A DNA stretch of 64,000 nt, taken from the NCBI GenBank assembly GCA_965240325.2, contig OZ251226.1, forward strand, positions 868,001 through 932,000, written 5' to 3'. Below the pieces are notes generated by a model that had not been told where the DNA came from, searched no databases, and was given only the letters and a program-made list of their open reading frames with translations. Both the position numbers and the translations under genes were made by a program. Below are positions 1 through 11,601 of this stretch, piece after piece. The DNA comes from Rebecca billardiae RCC1528. Taxonomy: Eukaryota; Protista; Haptophyta. Position 1 is the stretch's first letter. Every line of letters begins with the position of its first letter.

Positions 1-210
1 GATCTCGTCGGACACGGCAGCGGCAAAGCACGCCTGCACCTGTTCGGCTTGCGCCGCGTCGAGCCCGATCACGTCGCGCAACACCGTACAGCACGCCTCC
101 TGGCTCTTGCCGCTCTCCCGCAAGCTCCACCGTTGCCGGGCGGCCATCTCGGGATTCATCTGCGGCTCTTGCGCGCGGTACCTTTGCTGCCGGGTCTTTT
201 CGCGGGGGAC

Positions 211-2388
211 ATGTTCATGTCCGGCGCTGCGCACTCCGGTCGCTCAGGAGGCACCGGAATCGCTCATCGGGCAAGGCACGATGGGAGTCAGACGATGATG
301 GTGGCTGACGATGATGCCGACGTCGACGTGGCGCGGCGTGCGCTGCCGGTGTGGGCGGCCCGCCAGTACATTGTGCGCGAGGCATCCGAGCACCGCTCTG
401 TAGTCATCATGTCCGAGACGGGGAGCGGCAAGACGACGCAGATCCCCCAGTTCCTGCACGCCGCCGGCTTCTCGCGCCGCGGCGCGATCGCGGTCACGCA
501 GCCGCGGCGTGTGGCCGCGATCACCGTGGCCCAGCGTGTCGCCGCCGAGATGCGCGTGCCGCTTGGTGGGCTTGTGGGCTACACCGTGCGCTTCGACGAC
601 CGCAGCAGCCGGCGCGAGACGCGCATCCGGTACATCACCGACGGCATGCTGCTACGCGAGGCGCTGCAAGACCCGCTGCTCGGCCAGTACGCGTGCGTGG
701 TGCTGGACGAGGTGCACGAGCGCTCGGTGCAGACGGACATCCTGTGCGCGGTCGCGAAGGGCGCGCAGGCCGCCCGCGCCGCGCAGCCCGGCCGCGCGGG
801 GCCGCTCACCCTGATCGTCATGTCGGCGACGCTCGACATGGCGGCCTTCTCCGCCTACTTTGGCGGCGCGCCGTGCCTGCACATCCGCGGCCGCTCGCAC
901 CCGGTGGCGGTGTACTACAGCCTCGCGCCGGTGGGCGACTACGTCGAGGCGGTCGTCACGGCGGCCCTGCAGGTGCACGCCGAGGAGGCCGGCTTCGCGC
1001 TCGACGGCGGCGTCGACCCCGAGCTCGCGCGCGCGCGCGGCGACGGCGGCGACGGTGACATCCTGATCTTCCTGACTGGGCAAGAGGAGATCGAGGCGGC
1101 GGCGCGGCTGATCGGCGAGCGGTGCAAGCGGCTGCCGCCGCACGTGCCCGCGCTGCTGCCCTGCCCCATGTACGCCGCGCTCTCGCCCGCCGCCCAGCTC
1201 CGCGCCCTCGACCCCGCGCCCGCCGGCGTGCGCAAGGCGATCCTCGCGACCACGATTGCCGAGACGTCTCTCACCGTGCCGGGCGTGCGGTACGTTGTCG
1301 ACTGCGGCCTCACCAAGGCGCGCGTGTTCCACGCGGCGAAGGGGGTGGACACGCTGCAGGTGGTGCCCGTCTCGAAGGCCGCCGCACGCCAGCGCGCCGG
1401 CCGCGCCGGCCGCGAGCGCGCGGGCAAGTGCTTCCGGCTGTACACCGAGGCGTTCTTCCACGGCGCGCTCGACGAGAGCGCGCCGCCCGAGATCCTGCGC
1501 ACCAACGTGAGCACCGTCGTGCTGCAGCTGAAGGCGATGCGCGTGCGCGACGTGTTCAAGTTCGACTACGTCGACGCGCCGCCGCGCGAGGCGCTCATGC
1601 GCGCGCTCGAGTCGCTGCTGCTGCTCGGCGCGCTCGACGTGCGCGGCGAGATCACCGAGCTCGGCAGCAGGATGGCTCGGTTCCCCCTCGACCCTCCGTA
1701 CGCGCGCGCGCTGCTCGCGGCGCGCGAGCACGCGTGCGTCGGGGCGATGCTCACGCTCACGGCGGCGATGTCGGTTGACGGCTCGTTCTTCGTGGGCGGC
1801 GGCGGCGGGCGCGGGCGCGGGGCCGACGACGACGCCGACCCGGCCGGCGCGGCCGCCACGCACGCCGCCGTCGACGCGGCGCGCGCGCGGTTCGCGTCGC
1901 AGTATGGCGACCTGCTCACGCGCGTGCACGCGTGCACGGCCGCGCACGAGGCCGGGAGCGCGGCCGAGTGGTGCCACGCGCACGGGCTGAACCGACGGTC
2001 GCTGGGCTCCGCGCAGCGCATCCGCAAGCAGCTGTGCGGGCTGTGGGCCCGCATCGTCGGCCCGCTCGACCGCGCGGACGCCCAGCCCGCGCCGCTGGAC
2101 GACGGGCTGCGCACGTCGCTCCGGCGCGCTCTCACCGTGGCCTTCTTCACGCGCGCCGCGCTCAAGCAGCCGTCGGGGCACTACCTGGCGCTGGCGTCGC
2201 ACGAGGAGGTGGCGATCCACCCGTCCTCGTGCCTCTTCCATCGGCGTGCGAGCTGCGTGCTCTTCCAGGAGCTCGTGCACACGACGCGCCGGTACATCCG
2301 AGAGCTCACGGTCGTCGAGGCGGAGTGGCTCCGCGAGCTCGCGCCGCACGGCTACTTTCAGGTGAGCGATGACGCGGGCGCGGGCTGA
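211..2388 (+). CDS. DEAH-box RNA helicase (DHX33/Prp43-like)
   Basis: Motifs SETGSGKTT, TQPRRVAA, DEVH, SAT, TTIAETSLT, QRAGRAGR, followed by HA2 and OB-fold-like C-terminus. The first in-frame ATGs are at 211 and 295; the ORF-track start at 49 is not ATG. Confidence 0.93.
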   Translation: MFMSGAAHSGRSGGTGIAHRARHDGSQTMMVADDDADVDVARRALPVWAARQYIVREASEHRSVVIMSETGSGKTTQIPQFLHAAGFSRRGAIAVTQPRRVAAITVAQRVAAEMRVPLGGLVGYTVRFDDRSSRRETRIRYITDGMLLREALQDPLLGQYACVVLDEVHERSVQTDILCAVAKGAQAARAAQPGRAGPLTLIVMSATLDMAAFSAYFGGAPCLHIRGRSHPVAVYYSLAPVGDYVEAVVTAALQVHAEEAGFALDGGVDPELARARGDGGDGDILIFLTGQEEIEAAARLIGERCKRLPPHVPALLPCPMYAALSPAAQLRALDPAPAGVRKAILATTIAETSLTVPGVRYVVDCGLTKARVFHAAKGVDTLQVVPVSKAAARQRAGRAGRERAGKCFRLYTEAFFHGALDESAPPEILRTNVSTVVLQLKAMRVRDVFKFDYVDAPPREALMRALESLLLLGALDVRGEITELGSRMARFPLDPPYARALLAAREHACVGAMLTLTAAMSVDGSFFVGGGGGRGRGADDDADPAGAAATHAAVDAARARFASQYGDLLTRVHACTAAHEAGSAAEWCHAHGLNRRSLGSAQRIRKQLCGLWARIVGPLDRADAQPAPLDDGLRTSLRRALTVAFFTRAALKQPSGHYLALASHEEVAIHPSSCLFHRRASCVLFQELVHTTRRYIRELTVVEAEWLRELAPHGYFQVSDDAGAG

Positions 2389-3288
2389 GTCGCCTGGTCC
2401 CATCTGGTCCCAGTGGCCGCTGGCGCTGAAGACCGCGGCGGAAGCCCGCCGGGCGTGGTCGCCACCCGTGTGTCGTGCATCACACTGCCGACATCCGGCT
2501 CAATCCGTCAGACTCGGACTCAGTCGGAGAGTCTATGTAACTTGAATGTTTCAGTCTTGAGTCAGACAGAGGTCAAGTGAGGTCGACTGATCAAAGGACT
2601 GCACTGTGCCACTGAGCCACACAACGCCAGAGTCTTTTTTGGCGGTTTTTTTTGAAAGCTTGGCCGCGCGGCGGGTCCGCTGCTGCGCAGCGGCGCCCTG
2701 GAAATCGAATGCCGCGCGCTGGAAATCTTTTGGCGGTCGCCGCCGGCGCGCGAAAAAGATCAGAATGAAATCCGCGCGGCCCGCGCTGCCAGCTGGGCAG
2801 CGGCCGACTACGAAAAGGCGCGCGGCGGGAAAAGACGGAAAAGACGAGCAAAGACTGCAGAAAGAGTCGGCCCGGCTGGTGCCATGTAGTGATGTGGGCG
2901 CTGCTGCCCGACACGAATCATGGCCAGTCTATAGATCGCCAGCGCCCAGTCGCATTGTCAATCATAAGCATCAGTCTCATCAGTACTGCAAGCAGTCATC
3001 TGTATAGTAGCAGCAGTCTGTGTCAGCATCAAATAAGGCGCTGCCGCCGTGGCCTGGCCCTGTTGACTCGTTCACCAAGCGCGCCCACTGCGTGGGTGAA
3101 AGTCAGTGATGGACGCGTCGCGAGCCTTCGCCCGGTGTCCGAAGCGCAGACCGCGCGAGCAGCCGTCCGACGCTCGCGGTCTGTTGGGCACAGCCGGCCG
3201 ACCCTCGATCTCAGTTGGTCGCCGAGGCCGGCTCATCCGCCTGCGCGCCGAGCCACGCGCGCACGCGCACCGCGCATGGGCCGCACGG

Positions 3289-5018
3289 TCAGCCCGCGCA
3301 CATCGCGTGGCCGTGCGCGCGCGCATGCGCGGTGCGGCACACCTCGTCCGCCGCGGGGCGCTGGATGTACATGCGGTGGTGTTGCGAGTTGATCTCATCG
3401 ATGTAGTACGCGCCCGGCGTGACTGTCTCCACCGGGTCAGTCGGCACGTACGGCGCTGCGCCGTGCGCCGTCTCGCGTAGCAGCAGCGCGGCGCTGAACT
3501 CTGCAGGCGTCTGCACCGAGCGCGCGGCGAGGCGCGCCTGCAGGTCGATGGTCTCCGCCATGCCATCGCACGTGAACTGCGGGTTCTGCGAAGCCGACGG
3601 TTTGCGCGGGTACAGGCAGAAGGCCGTCGCGACCGAGCCCGAGCCATAGGAGAACATGAAGACGCGCTTGTCCACAAGCCCGCCCCTCTGCGCGGCGCGC
3701 ACACGCACGGACGCGCGCGAGCGAGCGCGCGCGCGCGCGGCGCATGGCGAGGGCGCGAGGTGGTGAGCGCCTCGGAGGCTGCGCGTCGGGCGCGCGGCTC
3801 GCGCGCGGCGAGGATGCACGCCGCCGGCGCCGCCCGGCGCGCGGCGCCCGCCCGCCCGCTCGCTCGCGCGCGCACGATCGAGTCGACGAGCGAGACGAGG
3901 TTGACCCACAGCGCGCCCGTGTACGAGTTGCCCAGCTCCTTGGAGAGCGAGGCGGACGGCTGGCACTTCGCCTTGTACACGGGCGCGGACAGCTTCTTGA
4001 GCGCGCCGTCCAGGCCGCGGTCGGCGTAGGTCGAGGCGGGGGGCACCGAGTCCGGGTGCCACGCGCTCAGCGCCTCGCGCAGCTCGGGCGCGCACCCGCT
4101 CGGGTTGCGCACGTAGTCGTTGTACAGAAGCCGGCCGACCGACTTGACGACGAGCTTGTTGTACGGCGAGTGGAAGCACATGTAGTCGAAGGTGCCCACC
4201 GTGCCGTCGGGCGTGGTCTTCTGCAGGAAGTTGTTGTAGCACACGTCCACGGAGCGCAGGTACACCGTGTTCGACAGGTGCCCGTCCACAGCCGGGTACT
4301 CGGAGTGCATCTCGGGCTTATAAAAGTCCCAGCAGTGCTCGGCGTGCGAGTGGCGCTCGTGCGAGAGCGGCATCGGCGCGTCGGGGCCGACGAGCATGGC
4401 GACGGCGCCGGCGCCGCCGGTCGGGCGCGCGGGCCCCTCGGCGTACACAGCGATGTCGCCGCACACCACCATCGCGTACCGCCCGTCCCACGCCGACGAC
4501 TCGATCCACGCGACCGAGTTGAGGATGGATGCGGTGCCGCCGTAGCACGCGTTGATGCTCGTCACGCCCTCGATGTTGGTGTTGGAGCCGAAGAGCTCCA
4601 TGAGGTGGGTCTTGGAGCTCTTCGACTTATCGATGAGCGTCTCCGTGCCCACCTCCAGGCGGCCCACCTGGTCCGGCGACACATTGTACTTTGAGAGCAG
4701 GTTGTGCGCCGCCGTCATCATGATCGAGTTGACGTCCTCGCGGTCGCCGACAAACGCCATGCGCTCCTGCCCGAGGCCGATGCGGTACTTGCCCTCCGAG
4801 ACGCCGTCGGCGACCTCGAGGTCTTTCTGCGCAACACAGCGCTGCGGGAAGTACACCTCGAGCGCGAGGATGCCGACATTCTGCGGTCGTTCCCGCGCGA
4901 TGGGCTGCTGATGCACGCCGCGCCGCATGGTTGCCACGCTGCCGCAGGCGAGCGCATCGCGCGCCGCGAGCTGCTGCGCTGAGCGCGCGAGAAGAGAGCC
5001 GCATCGCTGTGCCAGCAT
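3289..5018 (-). CDS. HMGS: Hydroxymethylglutaryl-CoA synthase with N-terminal extension; intron 3688-3875
   Basis: GRLEVGTET, NACYGGT (catalytic Cys), FHSPY, GNSYTG, then FSYGSG in another frame. A GT..AG intron at 3875-3688 joins the frames (VDSI|RGGLVDKRVFMFSYGSG). The 3' end is uncertain (possible further donor at 3342). Confidence 0.93.
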
Positions 5019-6012
5019 AGCTGCCCGTCACGCACACGTCCACACGCGAGGCTGAGGCTGCACGCAAGCCGCAGGCGCCGCCGCTCCACGGGGAGGAATC
5101 AATACCGAGGCCGAGTGTCCGGCTGAAAGCCGCCTCGGGTTTAATGTTTCGTTGGCACTCGCCCGGACTGTTGCACCTTTGATTCTCGTGGTACGGTATC
5201 GGGGTTGCCGGCCAACGATTGGCTGCAGAGGATCTTCTTCGAATAATCGACGGGGCTAGAATGTTGCGACAATGGATGAGCGGCGAGGTCGTCCTGGTGG
5301 TTGGGATCTATGGAAGATTCGCTCGCGCTGCCCTGCGAGATCGACCAGAACGTACAGTAGTACGAGCGAGAGGCTCAAGCAGGCTTCGCAGAGGGACACG
5401 TGGTGAAGCGCTGCTAACTTCGAGACGGAGACTGACTAGACAGTGCAGCCTCGTCTTGGCGAGCTCGGAGACCTGCCGTTCAATGTGCGTCACAGAGGGT
5501 CTTACGTTCAAGCCGTCGAGCCAAAGTGCATACTCGCCCTCGCTTCTACGTGCGTTGATGCCTCGCGCATGCACTGGCTCCGCTCGACTCCTGAACGGGA
5601 GGCTGGGCGGGGCACCAGGCTCACGATCCTACCGGCGCTCCAAGTCCGATGCAGCCACCTTGCCGGAACGAATGAATGAATGCTTGCGCGGCGTGGACCT
5701 GGTGCAAGCGAGGCGCTTGCACAGATACAAGTGTGCCAAATGGCCGGCGTCGACCGGCAGCACGTGCTCCTACTCGGAGCACCTGGCCTCGGAGGGCAAG
5801 CAAGCAGCGGACAAGCGGGCAGCCCGGACCGGGAGGCTACCGTCGGATGGAAGTCATTAGGATGCGCTGTGTGTGCGCTGGCTGTTTCTTTTCATTGAGA
5901 AGAAAAAGGCCGCCGGAAATGGTCGGCCGTGGGAGCACACCCAGGCCGAGCGCGCGACTCTATCGGGTTCGAGCTCGCGGTCGTGCCCGCAGACGGATTT
6001 CTCCGCTGAGCC

Positions 6013-7053
6013 ATGGCGGACGGGGGGGGCTCGGGCTTCTGGCGCGTGATGAGCGGCAACGGCTCGGACGCGATTGGCGAGCTCCTGCGCTTTGACGCGA
6101 GCCCGCCGTTCCCCGTCCTGAACGTCTCGTATATTGTAACAGCAGCGTTGACGTACCTCCTGTTTGGTCCGCAGAGGCCCGCGCGCGGGGAGGAGGCCCC
6201 GCCGCCGGGGCAGCGCCCTGGCGCCCCGGCGCTGGTCGGTCAGATGCTCTTCGTAGCCCTGGTTCTGCACACCGCGATGTGCGACTTGCAGCGCGCCCAG
6301 CGCTGCCTGCTGCTGCCCGGCTACCACGGGCTGGAGCGCTTGCAGGCTCTGCTCTGCGTGTGGGCGAGCTCGCCGAACATGCTCAAGGCCCTCGCGGCCA
6401 GCGGCATCGTGAACATGCATGACGCCGCAATCAAATGGCCGCGGGCGGACGGCGCTCAGGGCCTGGCGGGGATCGGGCCGAAGGAGAAGATGGGTCCGGT
6501 CGCGGTGTGGCTGTACCACACGCCCCTGATGGTCGGCTACTCGCTCCAAGCCTACGTCCTCGGCGTGCTCTGCCTGCCCGCCGCCATCGCGTACGGCTAT
6601 TTCGCGCTGCCCTGCAACTACTTTGTCGTCGTGATGATCCCCGGGGGCGTCCTGGCCCCAGTCTTGGCGCACGCCGTCGCGCGACCGCGGCGCACAGACT
6701 CGCCCTCCGCGGCCGACGAGACCGGACAGCTCATCGAGTCCGTCCCAGAGGAGCACCAAAACGCGACGCTGGATGCTGTCGGCGTCACGGCGCCGCGCAA
6801 CTACGACAGGGAGAAGCGCATGTTCCGCGCGACGGGCGCACCGATGTACGCGTGGAAGAACTACTTGATGTACTGTGCGGTCGCGCCGGTGCTCGAGCTG
6901 AGCGTGGCTGTCAACGCGCGTCTTCTCTGCGGCCATGGCTACTGGGCGGCGATCACAACCACGTTCTTCGAGCGCTCACTGGGGGAATGGTGGTCCCACC
7001 GGGCCCTCGCAGACTTGAGCGGGATGATCGAAGCGATCTGGTTGCTGCTATAG
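6013..7053 (+). CDS. Hypothetical multi-pass membrane protein
   Basis: 346-aa ATG ORF with coding-like GC3 bias and several hydrophobic segments; no recognised family. Confidence 0.6.
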   Translation: MADGGGSGFWRVMSGNGSDAIGELLRFDASPPFPVLNVSYIVTAALTYLLFGPQRPARGEEAPPPGQRPGAPALVGQMLFVALVLHTAMCDLQRAQRCLLLPGYHGLERLQALLCVWASSPNMLKALAASGIVNMHDAAIKWPRADGAQGLAGIGPKEKMGPVAVWLYHTPLMVGYSLQAYVLGVLCLPAAIAYGYFALPCNYFVVVMIPGGVLAPVLAHAVARPRRTDSPSAADETGQLIESVPEEHQNATLDAVGVTAPRNYDREKRMFRATGAPMYAWKNYLMYCAVAPVLELSVAVNARLLCGHGYWAAITTTFFERSLGEWWSHRALADLSGMIEAIWLLL

Positions 7054-7210
7054 ACCATCAAGCTGCGGCGTCATGTTCTTATGGCGATCCCAAGATCATT
7101 TATCCCGCAAGCTTGGTCACCGCCGAGGTGTCTCAGCGCTGGCCAGCGGCAGCGGGCCACGGGCGGCGCCGCCCTCGGGAGCCGACGCATGCGCCGGGCC
7201 CGGTGCCAGC

Positions 7211-7796
7211 GCCGTTCGGATCATCGCGAGCGTGCCATGACGATGATGTTAACGTACACTGCCACTGAGTCAAGATGAGGTGGGCACCCGGTGCACTCTC
7301 ACACTCACTAATCATCATGATGTTATCTAAGATGAATTGAATAAGAATTGCTGCGTCGGCGTGCGTCGGTAACGGGTGCACGAGGTGGCAGGCGAAAGCG
7401 CGCCGACGAGACAGCACTTGACACGCCTGAGCGCACGCCCATGCTCGCCACTTGACACGCCTGAGCGCACGCCCATGCTCGCCGAGCGCGAGCGCTGCAA
7501 GTGCAACTACATTGCGGCGTAGACGCACTGTCACGCTCCCGCCGCCGCCGCCGCCGCCGGCAAGACTATCGTCCTAACTCTAGGCCGCCGAAGTGTCGTT
7601 TTTTCGGCGCTCACGCTTGCAACGGGTACGTCTACAGTATTATGCTGCGCTACTTCTCGATCGGTGAAATTCGTTGCCAAACTAGACGACACAGACCCCG
7701 CGCAGACGACATCATTATGATATTATTATTCCCGGCCTTTTTATAAGATCGAATTGATGGCGCCCGCCGCTGCACTGAGTGTGAGTCTCTCTTAGT

Positions 7797-7862
<66 letters not shown>

Positions 7863-9412
7863 TCTCTAGTCCCTCTCGGCTCTCTCAGTCTCTCTATAGT
7901 CTCTCTCGGCTCTCTCAGTCTCTCTAGCTCTCTCTATCACTTATCAGACAGATCAGTCTATGTGCGCGCAATAATAAAGAAAGCAGCGGGAGTATAAAGC
8001 GTCAGTCTGCCGAGTCACTTGAAATAGTTATTGAACCAGCGCGTACGTACATATTATTTAAAATGTCAACTCAATTATTATCTGCTGCTCAGCCACGGCG
8101 CCCGCTCTCGTCCGGGCCGCTCTGCCTCTGAATGAGTCACTAGGACCGTACTCTCTCGGGCCGTGCGGACTCTCGGTGGCACGGAATGACGACGCGGATC
8201 GTATCTGTCTCTGCGATGAGTATAGCATATCAGGTCAGACTCAGATCACTGGGAGTCAGACGCTGCCAGGATGCATGGCAGTGGCAGCAGAAGCTCGCAA
8301 GCCCTAGCACCACTGAGATCCGCCATGTCGCTAAGGTCAGACTTGCAGCAGTCCGACACGGGCACACGCCACACGGGCGACACTTCGCACAGCCGCCGAC
8401 TCACCGAGTCACGTCGCGTGCACAAAAGTCATCAGCACCAATTTTCACCACGCACTCAGAGCTCCCTGGATGCCGCCGCAGCGCGCTGCGAATAGATATC
8501 CAGCAGCATGGGCATGATGAGTACTGCATTCGATGCGCGCGCGCGTCGTCCGACGACTGCGAGGGCCCGGCAGATTGCCTGGCACGTGTGCACGCCGCAG
8601 CGTCTGGCGTCTAGTTGATGCCCAGGACGCAGCGGCGGATGATCGGGTCCTCCCAGGGCCGCAGCCAGGTGGGCCAACCGCTGTTGCGCTTGAGGCCGCC
8701 AGCCTGGGGCACCGTGCGCGTGAGTGCGTCGCGGATGACGTTGGCCTCAGCCGCGGCGAGCTCGCCCTCCTCCGCCTGCCGCTGGGCCGTCTGCCGATGC
8801 TCGCGCTCCCACTCCACGTCGCCTGTGCCGTTCGGATCATCGCGAGCGTGCCATGACGATGATGTTAACGTACACTGCCACTGAGTCAAGATGAGGTGGG
8901 CACCCGGTGCACTCTCACACTCACTAATCATCATGATGTTATCTAAGATGAATTGAATAAGAATTGCTGCGTCGGCGTGCGTCGGTAACGGGTGCACGAG
9001 GTGGCAGGCGAAAGCGCGCCGACGAGACAGCACTTGACACGCCTGAGCGCACGCCCATGCTCGCCACTTGACACGCCTGAGCGCACGCCCATGCTCGCCG
9101 AGCGCGAGCGCTGCAAGTGCAACTACATTGCGGCGTAGACGCACTGTCACGCTCCCGCCGCCGCCGCCGCCGCCGGCAAGACTATCGTCCTAACTCTAGG
9201 CCGCCGAAGTGTCGTTTTTTCGGCGCTCACGCTTGCAACGGGTACGTCTACAGTATTATGCTGCGCTACTTCTCGATCGGTGAAATTCGTTGCCAAACTA
9301 GACGACACAGACCCCGCGCAGACGACATCATTATGATATTATTATTCCCGGCCTTTTTATAAGATCGAATTGATGGCGCCCGCCGCTGCACTGAGTGTGA
9401 GTCTCTCTTAGT

Positions 9413-9478
<66 letters not shown>

Positions 9479-10442
9479 TCTCTAGTCCCTCTCGGCTCTC
9501 TCAGTCTCTCTATAGTCTCTCTCGGCTCTCTCAGTCTCTCTAGCTCTCTCTATCACTTATCAGACAGATCAGTCTATGTGCGCGCAATAATAAAGAAAGC
9601 AGCGGGAGTATAAAGCGTCAGTCTGCCGAGTCACTTGAAATAGTTATTGAACCAGCGCGTACGTACATATTATTTAAAATGTCAACTCAATTATTATCTG
9701 CTGCTCAGCCACGGCGCCCGCTCTCGTCCGGGCCGCTCTGCCTCTGAATGAGTCACTAGGACCGTACTCTCTCGGGCCGTGCGGACTCTCGGTGGCACGG
9801 AATGACGACGCGGATCGTATCTGTCTCTGCGATGAGTATAGCATATCAGGTCAGACTCAGATCACTGGGAGTCAGACGCTGCCAGGATGCATGGCAGTGG
9901 CAGCAGAAGCTCGCAAGCCCTAGCACCACTGAGATCCGCCATGTCGCTAAGGTCAGACTTGCAGCAGTCCGACACGGGCACACGCCACACGGGCGACACT
10001 TCGCACAGCCGCCGACTCACCGAGTCACGTCGCGTGCACAAAAGTCATCAGCACCAATTTTCACCACGCACTCAGAGCTCCCTGGATGCCGCCGCAGCGC
10101 GCTGCGAATAGATATCCAGCAGCATGGGCATGATGAGTACTGCATTCGATGCGCGCGCGCGTCGTCCGACGACTGCGAGGGCCCGGCAGATTGCCTGGCA
10201 CGTGTGCACGCCGCAGCGTCTGGCGTCTAGTTGATGCCCAGGACGCAGCGGCGGATGATCGGGTCCTCCCAGGGCCGCAGCCAGGTGGGCCAACCGCTGT
10301 TGCGCTTGAGGCCGCCAGCCTGGGGCACCGTGCGCGTGAGTGCGTCGCGGATGACGTTGGCCTCAGCCGCGGCGAGCTCGCCCTCCTCCGCCTGCCGCTG
10401 GGCCGTCTGCCGATGCTCGCGCTCCCACTCCACGTCGCCTGT
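7211..10442. repeat. Tandem duplication, 2 x 1616 bp (7211-8826, 8827-10442)
   Basis: Constant 1616-bp offset between identical ORFs (7501/9117, 8186/9802) and same-length (CT)n tracts; 2-bp GC microhomology at the junction. Confidence 0.95.
7799..7935. repeat. (CT)n microsatellite with degenerate tail (second copy 9415-9551)
   Basis: Read directly from sequence. Confidence 0.95.
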
Positions 10443-11291
10443 GCGCTCGGTGACGGCGGCGTCGAAGTCGTAGTCGTTCGTGTCGAGGTAGTACTTGGCC
10501 TCCTCCGTCGTGCAGCGCTGCGTGCGCCGGAAACGCGCCAGCAGCTCCCTGCGGCGGCGCGCCTCCTCGTCCTCCTCGCTCTCGCGAGGGCGCAGCACGC
10601 GGAGCACTTGGCCTGACACGACGCAGCGGTTGGAGTGCGTCATTCGGTTGACCTGCGCGAGGGCCTCGACCGTCATGCCATGCTTGAGCGCGATGCTGGA
10701 GAAGGTGTCCGTGGGCATCACGACGTATCGGCCTTCGACGAGATCCTCGGATGAGGTGGGGTTGGCAGCGGAGCGAGCTTCGGCGGGCAGCTCCTCCTCG
10801 GGCAGTGTCGTCTCCGGCTGAGACGAGGGGGACGCGGAGGAGCGGTCGGCGATGACGACCGGCTCGTCATTCTCCGGGGGCGATGACAGGGAGACAGACG
10901 AGGACGTGCGCACGGCCGTGGTCAGGTCACCACCGGGCATCTGCAGCACAATCGTCGGGCGAGAGTTGCTGGACGAGCCAGGCGCGTGCGACGAGAGAGA
11001 CGGTGCCTCTGACAGGCTCGAGTCGAGGCCGTTGATCGATCGCGCTGGGCCGGCCGAGGCATTCTCGCAGAATGACTGGATCGCGAGACGCGTGGCTTCG
11101 CACGGCAGGTGGCACGGTGTCATGCGGCACCCGCCCAGCTGCGCCTCCGCGCCGCAGCAAGTCCAATGGGGGACGAGCGCGTACGCGCCTGCTCCCACAT
11201 AACGGCCGGCGTGGTAGCGGCACTCGCCAGGGGCTTGCTCGTCGTACATGCGCTCGCAGCGCTTGCAGCGCATCAGGTTGAGCGCGGCCAT
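10227..11291 (-). CDS. LysM-domain protein with N-terminal Cys/His zinc-finger-like module and C-terminal UBA-like module
   Basis: YVVMPTDTFSSIALKHGMTVEALAQVN..SGQVLRV is a LysM pattern; CKRC..CRYH..WTCC..C..HLPC at the N-terminus; CTTEEAKYYLDTNDYDFDAAV resembles UBA-like (DCN1/UBX-type) domains. Confidence 0.8.
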   Translation of the reverse strand: MAALNLMRCKRCERMYDEQAPGECRYHAGRYVGAGAYALVPHWTCCGAEAQLGGCRMTPCHLPCEATRLAIQSFCENASAGPARSINGLDSSLSEAPSLSSHAPGSSSNSRPTIVLQMPGGDLTTAVRTSSSVSLSSPPENDEPVVIADRSSASPSSQPETTLPEEELPAEARSAANPTSSEDLVEGRYVVMPTDTFSSIALKHGMTVEALAQVNRMTHSNRCVVSGQVLRVLRPRESEEDEEARRRRELLARFRRTQRCTTEEAKYYLDTNDYDFDAAVTERTGDVEWEREHRQTAQRQAEEGELAAAEANVIRDALTRTVPQAGGLKRNSGWPTWLRPWEDPIIRRCVLGIN

Positions 11292-11447
11292 GCTTACACC
11301 GTCCCGTTACAGCCAACGCTTCCCGCGCCCGCCCGACTTGATGGTGCCAATCGGGAAGCTCTTGACCACCGCCCGCCCGCCGAAGACTTGAGAGGCCCGG
11401 ACCCAGCCGGCGAACGCCCCCGGCTCCTCTAGCCGGCTACAGCAAGG

Positions 11448-11489
11448 GAGTCAAGGGTGCCCGCGGCAGGGCGCGGGCACCCTTGACTC
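11448..11489. other. Perfect 18-bp hairpin (GAGTCAAGGGTGCCCGCG / CGCGGGCACCCTTGACTC, 6-nt loop)
   Basis: Direct reverse-complement match; lies between two divergent genes. Confidence 0.9.
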
Positions 11490-11520
11490 ATTCTATGATT
11501 TAACGACACAGGCCCTTGGC

Positions 11521-11557
11521 TACAGTTTACTAAGAATAAGAGACGCACACAGCTCAG
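11521..11557 (+). mobile_element. Repeat family A end (TA-CAGTTTACTAAGAATAAGAGACGCACACAGCTCAG), Tc1/mariner/pogo-like TIR
   Basis: Same sequence at 41465-41502(-), 50128-50174(-), 53291-53442 (inverted pair) and 57759-57807(+); TA-CAGT terminus. Confidence 0.7.
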
Positions 11558-11601
11558 TACAGTTTACTATGAGCCCCGCGCTCGGAGGCACGCGCTAGAG
11601 G

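Noticed and set aside
652-2403. Antisense and alternate-frame ORFs over real genes (here and throughout)
   Set aside because: Shadow ORFs caused by high GC3.
2590-2632. tRNA on the minus strand (TGGCTCAGTGG A-box)
   Set aside because: No B-box or cloverleaf at the proper distance.
5219-5860. 213-aa ORF
   Set aside because: Non-ATG start, no motifs, lacks the host codon bias.
11521-11557. Nextera/Tn5 adapter contamination (ATAAGAGAC)
   Set aside because: Only a short word matches; the copies are longer, diverged, form inverted pairs and are interrupted by a TSD-flanked insertion.
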